This document shows, in pieces, positions 1-12,482 of a DNA stretch of 64,000 bases. Source of the stretch: the human T2T-CHM13v2.0 reference genome, Homo sapiens; assembly GCF_009914755.1 (NCBI RefSeq), contig NC_060925.1. One strand, 5' to 3'. Below the pieces are notes generated by a model. That model was given only the letters and a program-made list of their open reading frames with translations. It had not been told where the DNA came from and ran no database searches. The position numbers and the translations under genes were made by a program. Position 1 is the first letter of the stretch. The number at the start of each line of letters is the position of its first letter.

Positions 1-19
1 TCAATTAATTAAATGATTG

Positions 20-300
20 CAAGTCTGCAAAGGAAAAGTACAGAATGCAAGGAAAACAAAATGGGGTCCTAACTAAGTTTGGGGGATCAAGGAATGCTTC
101 TCTGAAGAAGAGTCATCTCAAGCTGACACTTAGTTGAAAATTTCCAGGAAAAGATGAGAAAGAACACCCTCAGCAGAAGAAATTGCATTTGGGAAGACAT
201 GGCACATTCATCAGGTTGGAATAAGTCCAATATGACTGGAGTATGCAGAAGGAAAGACAAAGTGATGCAAAATGTAAAATGAGGCCAGCCCCCTCTCTCT
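20..300 (-). mobile_element. L2 (LINE-2) relic
   Basis: Motifs such as gggggatcaaggaatgcttctctgaagaag resemble the antisense L2 3' region; highly diverged. Confidence 0.45.
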
Positions 301-399
301 GGAATTGGCATGTTGCCAGCAGCTATACAGAAGGAAAGACAAAAGAGTGGCATTACCTGTCCTCAAGAAACTCAAGAGGCAATTATAAAAGTCAAGATC

Positions 400-3300
400 T
401 CCTTCACATCCCTTGTAGGTTGTATTTATAGGTATTTTATTCTCTTTGTAGCAATTCTGAATGGGAGTTCACTCATGATTTTGGCTGTTTGTCTGTTATT
501 GGTGTACAGGAATGCTTGTGATTTTTGCACATTGATTTTCTATCCTGAGACTTTGCTGAAGTTGCTTATCATCCTAAGAAGATTTTGGGCTGAGCCGATG
601 GGGTTTTCTAAATACACAATCATGTCATCTGCAAACAGAGATAATTTGACTTCCTCCCTTCTTATGTGAATATGCTTTATTTCTTTCTCTTGCCTGATTG
701 CCCTGGCCAGAACTTCCAATACTATATTGAATAAGAGTGGTTAGAGAGGGCATCCTTGTCTTGTGCTGGTTTTCAAAGGGAGTGCTTCCAGTTTTTGCCC
801 ATTCAGTATATTTTCTGTGGGTTTGTCATAAATAGCTCTTATTATTTTGAGATACGTTCCATCATCTGAAGCCTTCTTCTCTCAACTCGTCAAAGTCATT
901 CTCCATCCAGCTTCGTTCCGTTGCTGGTGAGGAACTGCGTTCCTTTGGAGGAGGAGATGCGCTCTGCTTTTTAGGGTTTCCAGTTTTTCTGCTCTGTTTT
1001 TTCCCCATCTTTGTGGTTTTATCTACTTTTGGTCTTTGATGATGGTGATGTACAGATGGGTTTTTGGTGTGGATGTCCTTTCTATTTGTTAGTTTTCCTT
1101 CTAACAGACAGGACCTTCAGCTGCAGGTCTGTTGGAGTTTGCTAGAGGTCCACTCCAGACCCTGTTTGCCTGGGTATCAGCAGCGGTGGCTGGAGAACAG
1201 CGGATTTTCGTGAACCGCGAATGCTGCTCTCTGATTGTTCCTCTGGAAGTTTTGTCTCAGAGGAGTACCCGGCCGTGTGAGGTGTCAGTCTGCCCCTACT
1301 GGGGGGTGCCTCCCAGTTAGGCTGCTCGGGGGTCAGGGGTCAGGGACCCACTTGAGGAGGCAGTCTGCCCATTCTCAGATCTCCAGCTGCGTGCTGGGAG
1401 AACCACTGCTCTCTTCAAAGCTGTCAGACAGGGACATTTAAGTCTGCATCAATACCCAGCTTATTGAGAGTTTTTAGCATGAAGGGGTGTTGAATTTTGT
1501 CGAAGGCCTTTTCTGCATCTATTGAGATAATCATGTGGTTTTTGTCATTGTTTCTGTTTATGTGATGGATTACATTTATTGATTTGCGTACGTTGAACCA
1601 GCCTTGCATCCCAGGGATGAAGCCAACTTGATCGAGGTAGATAAGCCTTTGGATGTGCCGCTGGATTTGGTTTGCCAGTATTTTATTGAGGATTTTCGCA
1701 TCATTGTTGATCAGGGATATTGGCCTGAAATACTCTTTTTTGTTTTTGTGCCTCTGCCAGGTGTTGGTATCAGGATGATGCTGACCTCATAAAATGAGTT
1801 AGGCAGGAGTCCCTCTTGTTCTATTGTTTCAAATAGTTTAAGAAGGAATGGTAACAGCTCCTCTTTGTAACTCTGTTAGAATTCGGCTGTGAATCCATCT
1901 GGTCCTGGACTTTTTTTGGTTGGTAGGCTATTAATTACTGCCTCAATTTCAGAACTTGTTATTGGTCTATTCAGGGATTCTACTTCTTCCTGGTTTAGAC
2001 TTGGGAGGGTGTATGTGTCCAGGAATTTATCCATTTCACCTAGATTTTCTAGTGTATTTGCGTAGAGGTGTTTACAGTATTTTCTGATGGTAGTTTGTAT
2101 TTCTGTGGGATCAGTGGTGATATCCCCTTTATCTTTTTTTATTGCTTCTTCTATCATGTTTATTGATTCTTCTCTCTTTTCTTCTTTATTAGTATGGTGA
2201 GCAGTCTATCTATTTTGTTGATCTTTTCAAAAAACCAGCTTTTAATTCATTGATTTTTGAATGGTTTTTCATGTCTCTATCTCCTTCAGTTCTGCTCTGA
2301 TCTTACTTATTTCTTGTCTTCTGCTAGGTTTTGAATTTGTTTGTTCTTGCTTCTCTAGTTCTTTTAATTGTGATGTTAAGGTGTTTATTTTAGATCTTTC
2401 TCGCTTTCTCCTGTGGGCATTTAGTGCTATAAATTTCCCTCTAAACAATGCTTTAGCTGTGTCCCAGAAATTCTGGTACACTGTCTCTTTGTTCTCATTG
2501 CTTTCAAAGAACTTACATATTCCTGCCTTAATTTTATTTACTCAGTAGTCATTCAGGAGCAGCTTGTTCAGTTTCCACGTAGCTGTGCATTTTTGAATTA
2601 GCTTCTTAATCCTGAGTTCTAATTTGATTGCTCTGTGGTCTGAGAGACGATTGGTTATGATTTCCATTCTTTCACATTTGCTGAGGAGTGTTTTACTTCC
2701 AATTATGTGGTCAGTTTTAGAATAAATGCTATGTGGTGCTGAGAAGAATGTATATTCTGTTAATTTGGGATTGGAGAGTTCTGCAGATGTCTATTAGGTC
2801 CACTTGTTCCAGAGCTGAGTTCAAGTCCTGAATATCCCTGTTAATATTCTGACTCATTGATTTGTCTAATACTGACAGTGGGGTGTTAAAGACTCCCACT
2901 ATTATTGTGTGGGTGTCTAAGTCTCTTTGTAGGTCTCTAAGAACTTGCTTTATGAATCTGGGTGCTCCTGTATTGGGTGCATATATATTTAGGATAGTTA
3001 GCTCTTCTTGTTGCATTGATCCTTTACCATTGTGTAATGCCCTTCTTTGTCTCTTTTGATCTTTGTTGGTTTAAAGTCTGTTTTATCAGAGACTAGGGTT
3101 GCAACTCCTGCATTTTTTTGCTTTCCATTTGCTTGGTAAATATTCCTCCACCAATTATTTTGAGCCTATGTGTGTCTTTGCACATGAGATGGGTCTCTTG
3201 AATACAGAACACCGATGGGTCTTGACTCTTTATCCAATTTGCCAGTCTGTGTATTTTAATGAGGGCATTTAGCCCATTTACATTTAAGGTTAATATTGTT

Positions 3301-4127
3301 ATGTGTGAATTTGATCCTGTCCTTATGATGCTAGCTGGTTATTTTGCCTGTTAGTTGATGCAGTTTCTTCATAGTGTCGATGGTCTTTACAATTTGGTAT
3401 GTTTTTGCAGTTGCTGCTACCAGTTGTTCCTTTACATGTTTAGTGCTCCCTTCAGGAGCTCTTATAAGGCAGGCCCGCTGGTGACAAAATCTCTCAGCAT
3501 TTACTTGTCTGTAAAGGTTATGAAGTTAGTTTGGCTGGTTATGAAGTTCTCCTTTGCTTATGAAGTTAGTTTGGCTGGTTATGAAATTCTGGGTTGAAAA
3601 TTATTCCCTTTAAGAATGTTGAATTTGGGCCCCCACTTTCTTGGCTTGTGAGGTTTCTGCAGAGAGATCCACTGTTAGTCTGATGGGGTTCCTTTTTAGG
3701 TAACCTGACCTTTCTCTCTGGCTGCCCTTAACATTTTTTCCTTCTTTTCAACCTTGGTGAATCTGACAATTGTGTTTCTTGGGGTTGCTCTTCTCGAGGA
3801 ATATCTTTTTGGTGTTCTCTGTATTTCCTGAATTTGAATTTTGGACTGTCTTGCTAGGTTGGGATATTCTCATGGATAATATCTTTAAGAGTATTTTCGA
3901 ACTTAGTTCCATTTTTCCCATCACATTCAGGAACACCAATCAAATGCAGGTTTGGTCTTTTCACATGGTCCCATATTTCTTGGAGGCTTTGTTCATTTCT
4001 TTTCATTCTTTTTTTTTTCTAATCTTATCTTCATGCTTTATTTCATTAAGTTGATCTTCAATCTCTGATATCCTTTCTTCCACTTGATAGATTTGGCTAT
4101 TCATCCTTGTGTATGCTTCACGAAGTT
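400..4127 (-). mobile_element. Inverted 5' part (ORF1 3' portion, inter-ORF, ORF2 EN/RT) of a twin-primed L1PA7/8-like element
   Basis: Minus-strand ORFs give L1 ORF2p peptides ([51 protein letters not shown]) and ORF1-like sequence up to ~4127; interrupted at 865-1446. Confidence 0.95.
865..1446 (-). mobile_element. Internal fragment of a younger L1 (L1PA3/PA4-like): 3' part of 5'UTR plus ORF1 start, no poly(A)
   Basis: Reverse complement reads cagacttaaatgtccctgtctgacagc...aagatggggaaaaaacag...gaaggcttcaga. ORF1 ATG is at 1006-1008 (minus). CATCA is present on both sides (860-864, 1447-1451). Confidence 0.92.
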
Positions 4128-5496
4128 CTACAAGGCTACAGTAACCCAAACAGCATGGTCCTGGTACCAAATCAGATATATAGACCAATGAAACGGAACA
4201 GAGATCTCAGAAATACCACCACACATCTACAACCATGTGATCTGTGACAAACATGACAAAAACAAGCAATGGGGAAAGGATTCCCTATTTAATAAATGGT
4301 GTTGGGAAAACTGACTAGCCATATGCAGAAAACTGAAACTGGACCCCTTCCCTACACCTTATGCAAAAATTAACTCAAGATGGATTAGAGACTTAAACCT
4401 AAGACCTAAAACCATAAAAACCTTAGAAGAAAACGTAGGCAACACCATTCAGGACATAGGCATGGGCAAAGACTTCATTACTAAAACATCAAAAGCAATG
4501 GCAACAAAAGCCAAAATTGACAAATGGGATCAATTAAACTAAAGAGCTTCTGCACAGCAAAAGAAACTATCACTGGAGTGAACAGGCAACCTACAGAATG
4601 GAAGAAAAATCTTGCAATCTATCCATCTGACAAAGGGCTAATATCCAGAATCCACAAAGAATTTAAACAAATTTACAAGAAAAAAACAACCCCATCAAAA
4701 ATGGGCAAAGGATATGAACAGACCCTTCTCAAAAGAAGACATTTATGTGGCCAACAAACATATGAAAAAAGCTCATCACTGGTCATTAGAGAAATGCAAT
4801 TGAAAACCACAATGAGATACCATCTCATGCCAGTTAGAATGGGGATCACTACCAAGTCAGGAAACAATAGATGCTGGAGAGGATGTGGAGAAACAGGAAT
4901 GCTTTTATACTGTTGGTGGGAGTGTCAATTAGTTCAACCATTGTGGAGGACAGTGTGGCGATTCCTCAAGGATCTAGAACCAGAAATACCATTTGACCCA
5001 GCGATCACATCACTGGGTATATACCCAAAGGATTATAAATCATTCTACTATAAAGATACATGCACACATGTTTATTGTGGCACTGTTCACAATAGCAAAG
5101 ACTTGGAACCAACCCAAATGCCCATCAATGATAGACTAGATAAAGAAAATGTGGCACATATATACCATGGAATACTATGCAGCCATAAAAAAGGATGAGT
5201 TCATGTCCTTTGCAGGGACATGGATGAAGCTGGAAACCATGATTCTCAGCAAACTAACACAAGAACAGAAAACCAAACACCACGTGTTCTCACTCATAGG
5301 TGGGAGCTGGACAATGAGAACACATGGACACAGGGAGGGGAACATCACACACTGGGGCCTGTTCGTGGGGTTGGGGGGCTAGGGGAGGGAGAGCATTAGG
5401 AGAAATACCTAATATAAATTTTGGGTTGATGGCACATATATACCTATGTAACAAACCTCCACGTTCTGCACATATATCCCAGAACTTAAAGTACAA

Positions 5497-5539
<43 letters not shown>

Positions 5540-5540
5540 A
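4128..5540 (+). mobile_element. Sense 3' part (ORF2 C-terminus, 3'UTR, A-rich tail) of the same twin-primed L1
   Basis: ORF2p C-terminal peptides (ORFs 4524, 5149), 3'UTR G-rich tract and (AAAT)n tail. Degenerate TSD aaaagtcaagat (387-398) / aaaaatctagat (5538-5549). About 300 bp of ORF2 is missing between the inverted and sense parts. Confidence 0.95.
5496..5540 (+). repeat. (AAAT)n microsatellite derived from the L1 tail
   Basis: About 11 AAAT units, read directly. Confidence 0.95.
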
Positions 5541-5604
5541 AATCTAGATGAAGGCAAAAGGAAAGAACTAACTTTTTACTGAGTACCAAACGAGGATCAC
5601 GTCT

Positions 5605-5790
5605 TGTACTGAGTGCTTCAAATACATTAACTCACTTAATTCATACAACAACCCTTTAAAAATAGAATCATTATCCCCTTTTTATAAATTAGGAATTGGA
5701 GGATAAAAAAGATTAGCAAGATGACTTTCTGAAGATTATATAGCCAGTCAGTGTCATAGCCAATATTCGACTCCAGCTAAGCCTTTCAAA
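5605..5790 (-). mobile_element. MIR
   Basis: Antisense MIR core (attaactcacttaattcatacaacaaccct...attatcccc). Confidence 0.6.
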
Positions 5791-6047
5791 CCCCTGCTCC
5801 TAGCAGCTACTTCCTGAGCTAAAGGTGAAGAGAACAGGAACCCAGGTGGGAAGTGGTGGTAAAGGAGAGGAGGGTCAGAACTAAGTAATATTATATAGGG
5901 ACTGTCCACTGAGCATCCATCTGCAGGAAATGAAAAGCCTGTTCTGGTCTCTATAAACTAAGATCTTTTGAAAGAAGCAAAAGACAAAGAAATAAGAAAA
6001 ACCTGACTCTGGCAAAGGAAAACAGTCTTTCTAGAAAGGGAACAGTT

Positions 6048-6203
6048 ATTAGCCAGGTGTGGTGGTGGGCACCTGTAGTCCCAGCTACTCAGGAGGCTGA
6101 GGCAGGAGAATGGCATGAACCCAGGAGGCAGAGCTTGCAGTGAGCAGAGATCGCACCACTGCACTCCAGCCTGGGCGACAGAGCGAGACTCCATCTCAAA
6201 AAA

Positions 6204-6246
<43 letters not shown>

Positions 6247-6256
6247 ACAAATAAAT
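6048..6256 (+). mobile_element. 5'-truncated AluY-like element (right monomer) with (AAAT)n tail
   Basis: gaatggcatgaaccc and gagcttgcagtgag diagnostics; TSD agaaagggaa(c/g)agtt at 6033-6047 and 6257-6271. Confidence 0.93.
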
Positions 6257-6324
6257 AGAAAGGGAAGAGTTTAAGGCCTCTAGGAGGCAGGCCATTAAAA
6301 ATTGCTGTCATTGCAGCCATTTTA

Positions 6325-6599
6325 CATGTCATTACATTACAAGTGGTGTACATTATACCCAACAGGTAGTTTTTCTACCTTCACTCCCCTCCCTCCCCCA
6401 TTCTGAGTCTCCAGTGTCCATTATACCACTCTATATGCTTTTGCATACCCATAGCTTAGGCCGCACTTGTAAGTGAGAACATGTAGTATTTGGTTTTCCA
6501 TTCCTGAGTTACTTCACTTAGAATGATAGCCTCCAGTTCTATCCAAGTTGCTGTAAAAGACATTTTCCATTTTTTCTACAGGTGATTAGTATTCCATGG

Positions 6600-6651
<52 letters not shown>

Positions 6652-7297
6652 ACATTTTAGATTGATTCCATATATTTGCAACGGTGAATTGTGCTGTAAT
6701 AAACATACACATGTAGTTATGTTTTTGATATAGTGACTTCTTTTCCTTTGGGTAGATACCCAGTAGTGGAATTTCTGGATCAAATGGTAGATCTACTTTT
6801 AGTTCTTTGAGAAATCTCCATACTGTTTTCATAGAGGCTGTACTAATTTACACTCCCACCGGGAGTGTATAAGTGTTCCTTTTTTACCACATCCACTCCA
6901 ACATCTATTGCTTTTTGACTTTTTAATAATGGCCATTCTGGCCAGGGTAACGTGGTACCTCGTTGTTGTTTTAATTTGCATTTTCCTAATGATCAGTGAT
7001 GTTGAGCATTGCTTCATATGTTTGTTGGCCATTTTTATATGTTCTTTTGAGAACTATCTATTAAGGTCATTTACCCACTTTTTATGGGGTTATTTTATTC
7101 ATGCTGATTTGTTTGAGTTCCTCATAGATACTGGATATTAGTCTTTTGTCAGATGCATAGTTTGCCAACATTTTCTCCCATTATGTAGGTCATCTGTTTA
7201 CTTTGATGACTATTTATTTTGCTGTGCTGAAGTTTTTTAGTTCAATTAGGTCCCATTAATTTGTTCTGTTTTTGTCGCATTTGCTTTAGGGGTCTTA
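6325..7297 (-). mobile_element. L1PB/L1MA-type 3' end fragment
   Basis: Minus ORFs [19 protein letters not shown] and [23 protein letters not shown] match the ORF2p C-terminus; older-type 3'UTR. Confidence 0.88.
6603..6650 (+). repeat. (CA)n microsatellite
   Basis: About 23 uninterrupted AC units. Confidence 0.97.
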
Positions 7298-7639
7298 ATT
7301 TTTTGAATCATTTTATGGATTTGTCCAACAATACAAAATATATGTAAGAGTTGCTGAAATGGGTCAGGTCAGGAGGTACATAGACTTCTTCCATCTCACT
7401 AGTAGTTCAACCTGCTCTCTCTCCCCCATTTCCCTCTGTTTACTTTTATTATCTTTTACCCTCCGAAACTAAAAAGGGAATTTCTCATCTCTTCTCAGGC
7501 ATAATATGTTACACCCTTGCAGCTTCAGACTTCATCTCAGAAAGATTATCATATATTTTTCAAACACATACAGAGCTTTCAATGAATAAGATTTTTTTCT
7601 ACCTTTGTAATTATTATTATTATTACAGGAATGATAACA

Positions 7640-7830
7640 TCACTATTTATTGAGTACATATCTTATGCCAAGTACTTTATAAATATTGTTCTATTTAATA
7701 CTCACAAAAGTCCTAGGACAAAGATATTTTATCTCTACATTACCTATTAGAAAATTGTGGGTCCAAAAGGTTAGGTAAATGACTTGCCCAAGGTCACAAA
7801 GCTGTGGAGTTTTAAAGCCTCATTGTACTT
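7640..7830 (-). mobile_element. MIR
   Basis: ggttaggtaaatgacttgcccaaggtcacaaagct antisense core. Confidence 0.7.
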
Positions 7831-8304
7831 CAGGATGTACTGGTGGTGCTTTCTACATCAGGATATACTGCTTCTCAGTCTTAGGGAGAGAGTCAAATGG
7901 TAAGAGAATAAACAAGGACAAAGGAAGTGCTAAAATTCTACCAAAGGAGCGGGTAGGTTGAATTTCTAGGCAGGACAAGTTTTCTAAAAATCTTTTTTGT
8001 TGAATTCTTAGGTCAGCATGATTTATCTCTGCTGTGACAGTTTCCTAAATTGCATGTCACCCAGTCAAAATGTATAGTTTGATGGGTCCACAGAAAAGGG
8101 GATGGTGGGGAGAGGAGGAGAAAAGCCATTCAAAGAAGCACAACATTTAATTAAGGAAAACATTAGATCAATTAAGACTAAATGGTGGTATAAAATATTA
8201 AGGTAAAACATGTATTAGTTTGACATTTACATTTTTATGAAGTATGAATCACAAAGAAATAATACATGCAGCTAAATTTCAGTTAACTCCCTTTTAAAAG
8301 TCTT

Positions 8305-8318
8305 GTTGCCATGGCAAT
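8305..8318. promoter_or_regulatory. Candidate RFX X-box GTTGCCATGGCAAT
   Basis: 13/14 match to the palindromic RFX consensus GTTGCCATGGCAAC, in non-repeat sequence; motif only. Confidence 0.4.
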
Positions 8319-9289
8319 GCCAAGAATGAGTTTTCACAGGATGTAAGTGATGGATTTTTTTATTTTTTAAAAGCAGTTTAAATAAAAACTACCAACATCA
8401 TGGCCTCTTTTCATTTCTCTTATATGACCAAGGGCCACTGAAAATAAGAACCACCTAGACAGCTATTCCAAAAATTATACAGAAAGCGAAATACTAAAAG
8501 ATAAACTGGATTTCCCTGTTGTGTTTATAATTCTTTTTTAGTCTCTGTTATATTTTTAATAGGATCATTCAAAAAACTATGCCTAGGAAAACATTCTAAT
8601 TGTGAGGGAAATAAAGGAGACTATTGTCTTCTTGGCATTCTCTATAATTCTACCTCTGCTGATTCAATTAGGGAATTTTTCAATAACAGCTACTCTTTTT
8701 GAGCTCAGTTAAGATTCCACTATAAACACTATAAAGGCTATCTTTGACACAAGCAGCTAAATAGTTCGCCTTCTGAATTCCAGATCTAAGAAAAGTTGCC
8801 CTAGTCTCTAATGAGTAATAGGGGATTGAGGTTTCTAGGCTACAAAAATCCTGTTGTGGCAAAAAAGGCAGAAATCTAACTCCAAAATCAATACCATATT
8901 ACTCTCTCCACAGGCGAGAGCTGCTGGGTCAGGGGAATCATGAAAAATTCATAGCAGAGGTGGTCAAGTCATCCATAAGATAGAGAAAATGATGCTATAT
9001 CTAAAGATCCCCTGAGCAATCGAAAGCACTTTATAGATTTCACTGTGGATAAGTGTTCGTGTGTTTCATCTGGGTGCCTTAATGCTGCTGCGATCTTATT
9101 TTTGACAGTCAATGAGAATGTTTGATCTATATTTACAGGATCCTATTTACGTTAGTGCTTAGCCTCTTTAAAGTACTCAGAGTGGTCACAGAAATATGGC
9201 CTGAAGCTGTTTCAGTCTTGAAGACTCCCCTTAACTGGACCTGTCCTGATTCATTCTTTGTTCCCATACTTTGAGTGTTACATTCTTTA

Positions 9290-9460
9290 CAAATCCATTT
9301 ATTTCTCATAACAGCCCAGCAAATTAAGCTTTATTGTTATTATTATTCCCATTTTATACATCAGGAAACAAAGATCAGAAAGGTGAGGTGATATATCCAA
9401 GATGACACAGGAAGTAAGAATATGAATCAGGATTCCAGCCTAGGTATTTCTGAATCCAAA
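9290..9460 (-). mobile_element. MIR
   Basis: attattcccattttatacatcaggaaacaaagatcagaaaggtgaggtga core. Confidence 0.65.
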
Positions 9461-11459
9461 CAACCCCAAAACTTGCTTGTCTCAAAGGGCTTTAATTTCC
9501 TTTCTACATCCCTTCATTTAAGATTTGACTACATCTAGTCAATCTACCACATTCATGGCATCACAGGAGGCAAGGGTCTGTGGAGGCCTGGGCTATGGTA
9601 TCTGGCCCTTCCATTTCATTTTACTGTCTCTTATCTCTGTTTCCCATTAACTACCTATATGTTAAACACAAAATTTCTCAGCTTGACCTCCTCCTATCCA
9701 TACTTCAAAATTCAGTTCAAATGATATTTTCTTTGTGGTATTCATATAATAAAAGGTTTGTGGTATTCATAAAATAAAAGGTTAAGATTATAAACATTCC
9801 CTAATTTGCCAACACTCCCATACCCATAAGAACCACCATGCCTTTGAGAGAGGCTGAAGAATTGCAATGTTCCTGTCATCTGGCTGCCCCAACTTCTCCC
9901 AAACAATCTGACACCTAGGATCCAGCTTTATTTGGCTAAACTGCTAGTTTATTTCTCAATGACTGCTATTTAGGTAAATCCAAAACTCTTTAGCCTGAAT
10001 TCAAGCCTCAGTCTTCCTTTACATTTTTATTTTCTATTTTCTGCTGCTTTCTTAAATGATTCATTTGATCCAGATAGTTAGTTCAGCACAGAGTCCTCAA
10101 AATGAGCCCTGCATATTCATCAATATTCCTTTGCATACACCATTCTCTTTATCTGGAGTTTTCTGCCCTTGGCCACCTGAGCATCCTTTACAGTTTTATT
10201 GGAGGTTTGCCTCTTCTAGGAGGCATTATCTGGACTTTGTGGCTCTGGTAATCACTTCAGCAAGTTTATCATATTTCTTTCAATCCTTAATTACAGTCTG
10301 CCTTTAATACACTCTAATTTTCAGTGTGTCTTTAGTCTATACAGCAAGACTACGGTCTCCTTAAAGTCAAGATCAGCTGGGTCTCACTGATCTCTAAGGT
10401 TATAGAAGTTCCAGGCACAGTGTCAGATCTGTTCATATTCAGATCTTATTTAGTTTGACTTCTCCAACCCACATCATATTTCTCCTTTATAGCTCATAGA
10501 CTCCCTTGGAACTTTGGGAATGTAGCATGATTATGTATTTGTGTCTTGTACAAAACCCAAATTTAATCAGCAATCTCCAGAACAGTGTTTAAGGGAATCA
10601 GTAGACAATGTGGTTGAATAATAGGGGAGAAGTGAGACTATCTTCAAATATTTGGGGTAGATTTATTCACTTGTCAAATGTCTTTTATGTGCCAGACTCA
10701 GTGTTACTGGGGCAGGTACAAAGATGAGAAAAATAGCCCTGCCTCTTAAGGGGCTCACAGTCTAATGACAAAGCTTCAAAAGAAATATTGATGTAGGTTC
10801 TTAAAAGAGCAGTAGGAGTTCACTAGGTAGAGAAAGAAAGGAAGAAAGGGGAAGGAATCAACATGAGTGAAGGTCTGGAGCTTGGGAGGGCATTATCTGT
10901 TCTAATGCACTGCTCATATTAAATACAAATATTTTTTAAAAAAATTCTTCTCTCAGTACCTATTTTCCCATCTTATTCTGAATTTTTTGTTTTACTTCTA
11001 TAAGAGAAATGAATTAGAAAGTCATTGGCACCAGAAATTTTTCATCCATGACAAGCCTTTCAGCATGTAATGCCCTCTGTAATGAGGGCCCAAAGAGCCT
11101 AAAGAGTTTGTTAGGTAAATTTCAACCTCCACTGGAGAAAGACTGCCTTATTACCAGTCCCATCCAGGCCTTAGCCTGCTGTGGTACACAAAGGATTAAT
11201 CCTACAAATTGCCTTAAAATATCCAGTCATTGGCACCACCAAAGAGGAAGGCATTATGAATCATAGAAGGAGCAAGCAGAAAAAACAAAAGAGATTCTTC
11301 ATATTTGGCATTTATAAGATCCTGTACCTTTTGACATCTGTTTTGCAATGGCCTGGCCAAACTCCAAATACAGTTATTATCCTATTCCTCAGTAAATGCA
11401 TCTCCTAGCCTGAAAAAGAACTAAAAAAAAGAGGGTTCTTCTGTGGCTCTTCTAACGAT

Positions 11460-11750
11460 AATAATAGTAAGCATAACAATAGAAACTACGATTTATTGAA
11501 AATCTACAGTGTGATATATTCTTTATAGATACTATAATGTATAATTGTATCACAAGAACTATGCATGGTAGGTGTCCTCACTACCATCACCCCTCCCCCA
11601 CCACAGCCATTTTACAAATGAGAAATCTGAATTTTAAAAACCAAGTTTAATTTGCCCAAAGTCACAAAGTTAGTAAATTGTACACACAGGATTTGAACCC
11701 AGACCTGGCTGCCATTGATGCTACTGTCATTTCTGCTACATTACATTGTC
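11460..11750 (-). mobile_element. MIR
   Basis: ccattttacaaatgagaaatctga...aatttgcccaaagtcaca...ggatttgaacccaga. Confidence 0.75.
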
Positions 11751-12265
11751 TTTCATTAAGTGTTTCTGTATTGCCTAACATCAGAAAAGGTCCGCATTGT
11801 AACCACAAGGCGATATATGCAAGGACAACAGCCAAGCACAGGACTGAAGAAGGAACAAAAGTTATTTCCTAGTACTAGAATTCAAGTCCAGATCCATAGG
11901 GACATATGCTAGCTTCCTGTGTTTTTCACTTATGATAATTATTGTTTTTATCATTAGGGCCTCTGGAGAAAAGTATTTGATGAGAAGGAATAAAAATCAC
12001 CAACAAATAATTAAGAGAGATTAGACAAGAAGAAAAATAAGAACCAGTTCATCAAAAAGAAAGCTGAGGAAGAAAAAAAGATAGAGATGGCTTATCAGTC
12101 TCTTAAAATAATATGAATTCAGTAAATGTGAATCAAAGGGTAAAAAGGCACTCAAGAAGAAAAACAAGGTCATTATGGTACAACAGAAAAAGAAGGGGAT
12201 TAAAATCTGACAACCTAAGATTGAGTCATGTTTTCCTAGACTATTTAGCCCTATGATCTTAAGTA

Positions 12266-12482
12266 ATTTTTTTAACTTTTATTTTAGTTTCAGGGGTACA
12301 TGTACAGGTTGGTTCTACAGATAAATTTCATGTCCCTGGGAGTCGACATACATATTATTTCATTACCCAGGTAATAAGCATAGTACCCAATAGGTAGCTG
12401 TTCGATCCCCACCACATACCCTCAAGTAGGCCCTGGTGTCTATTGTTTGCTTTGTGTCCATATGTATTTGATGTTTAGCTCT
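12266..12482 (-). mobile_element. Short L1 3'UTR fragment (L1PA16/L1PB-like) inside a plus-strand MIR
   Basis: ttttaacttttattttagtttcaggggtacatgtacagg...cccaggtaataagcatagtacccaatagg; MIR halves on both sides. Confidence 0.75.

Noticed and set aside
865-1446. Possible L1 antisense promoter or ORF0 in the inserted fragment
   Set aside because: The fragment starts near L1 nt ~595, outside the antisense promoter core and ORF0.
8914-8985. Acceptor-like ctctcccacag|G followed by a short open frame
   Set aside because: The frames stop quickly and no good donor follows.
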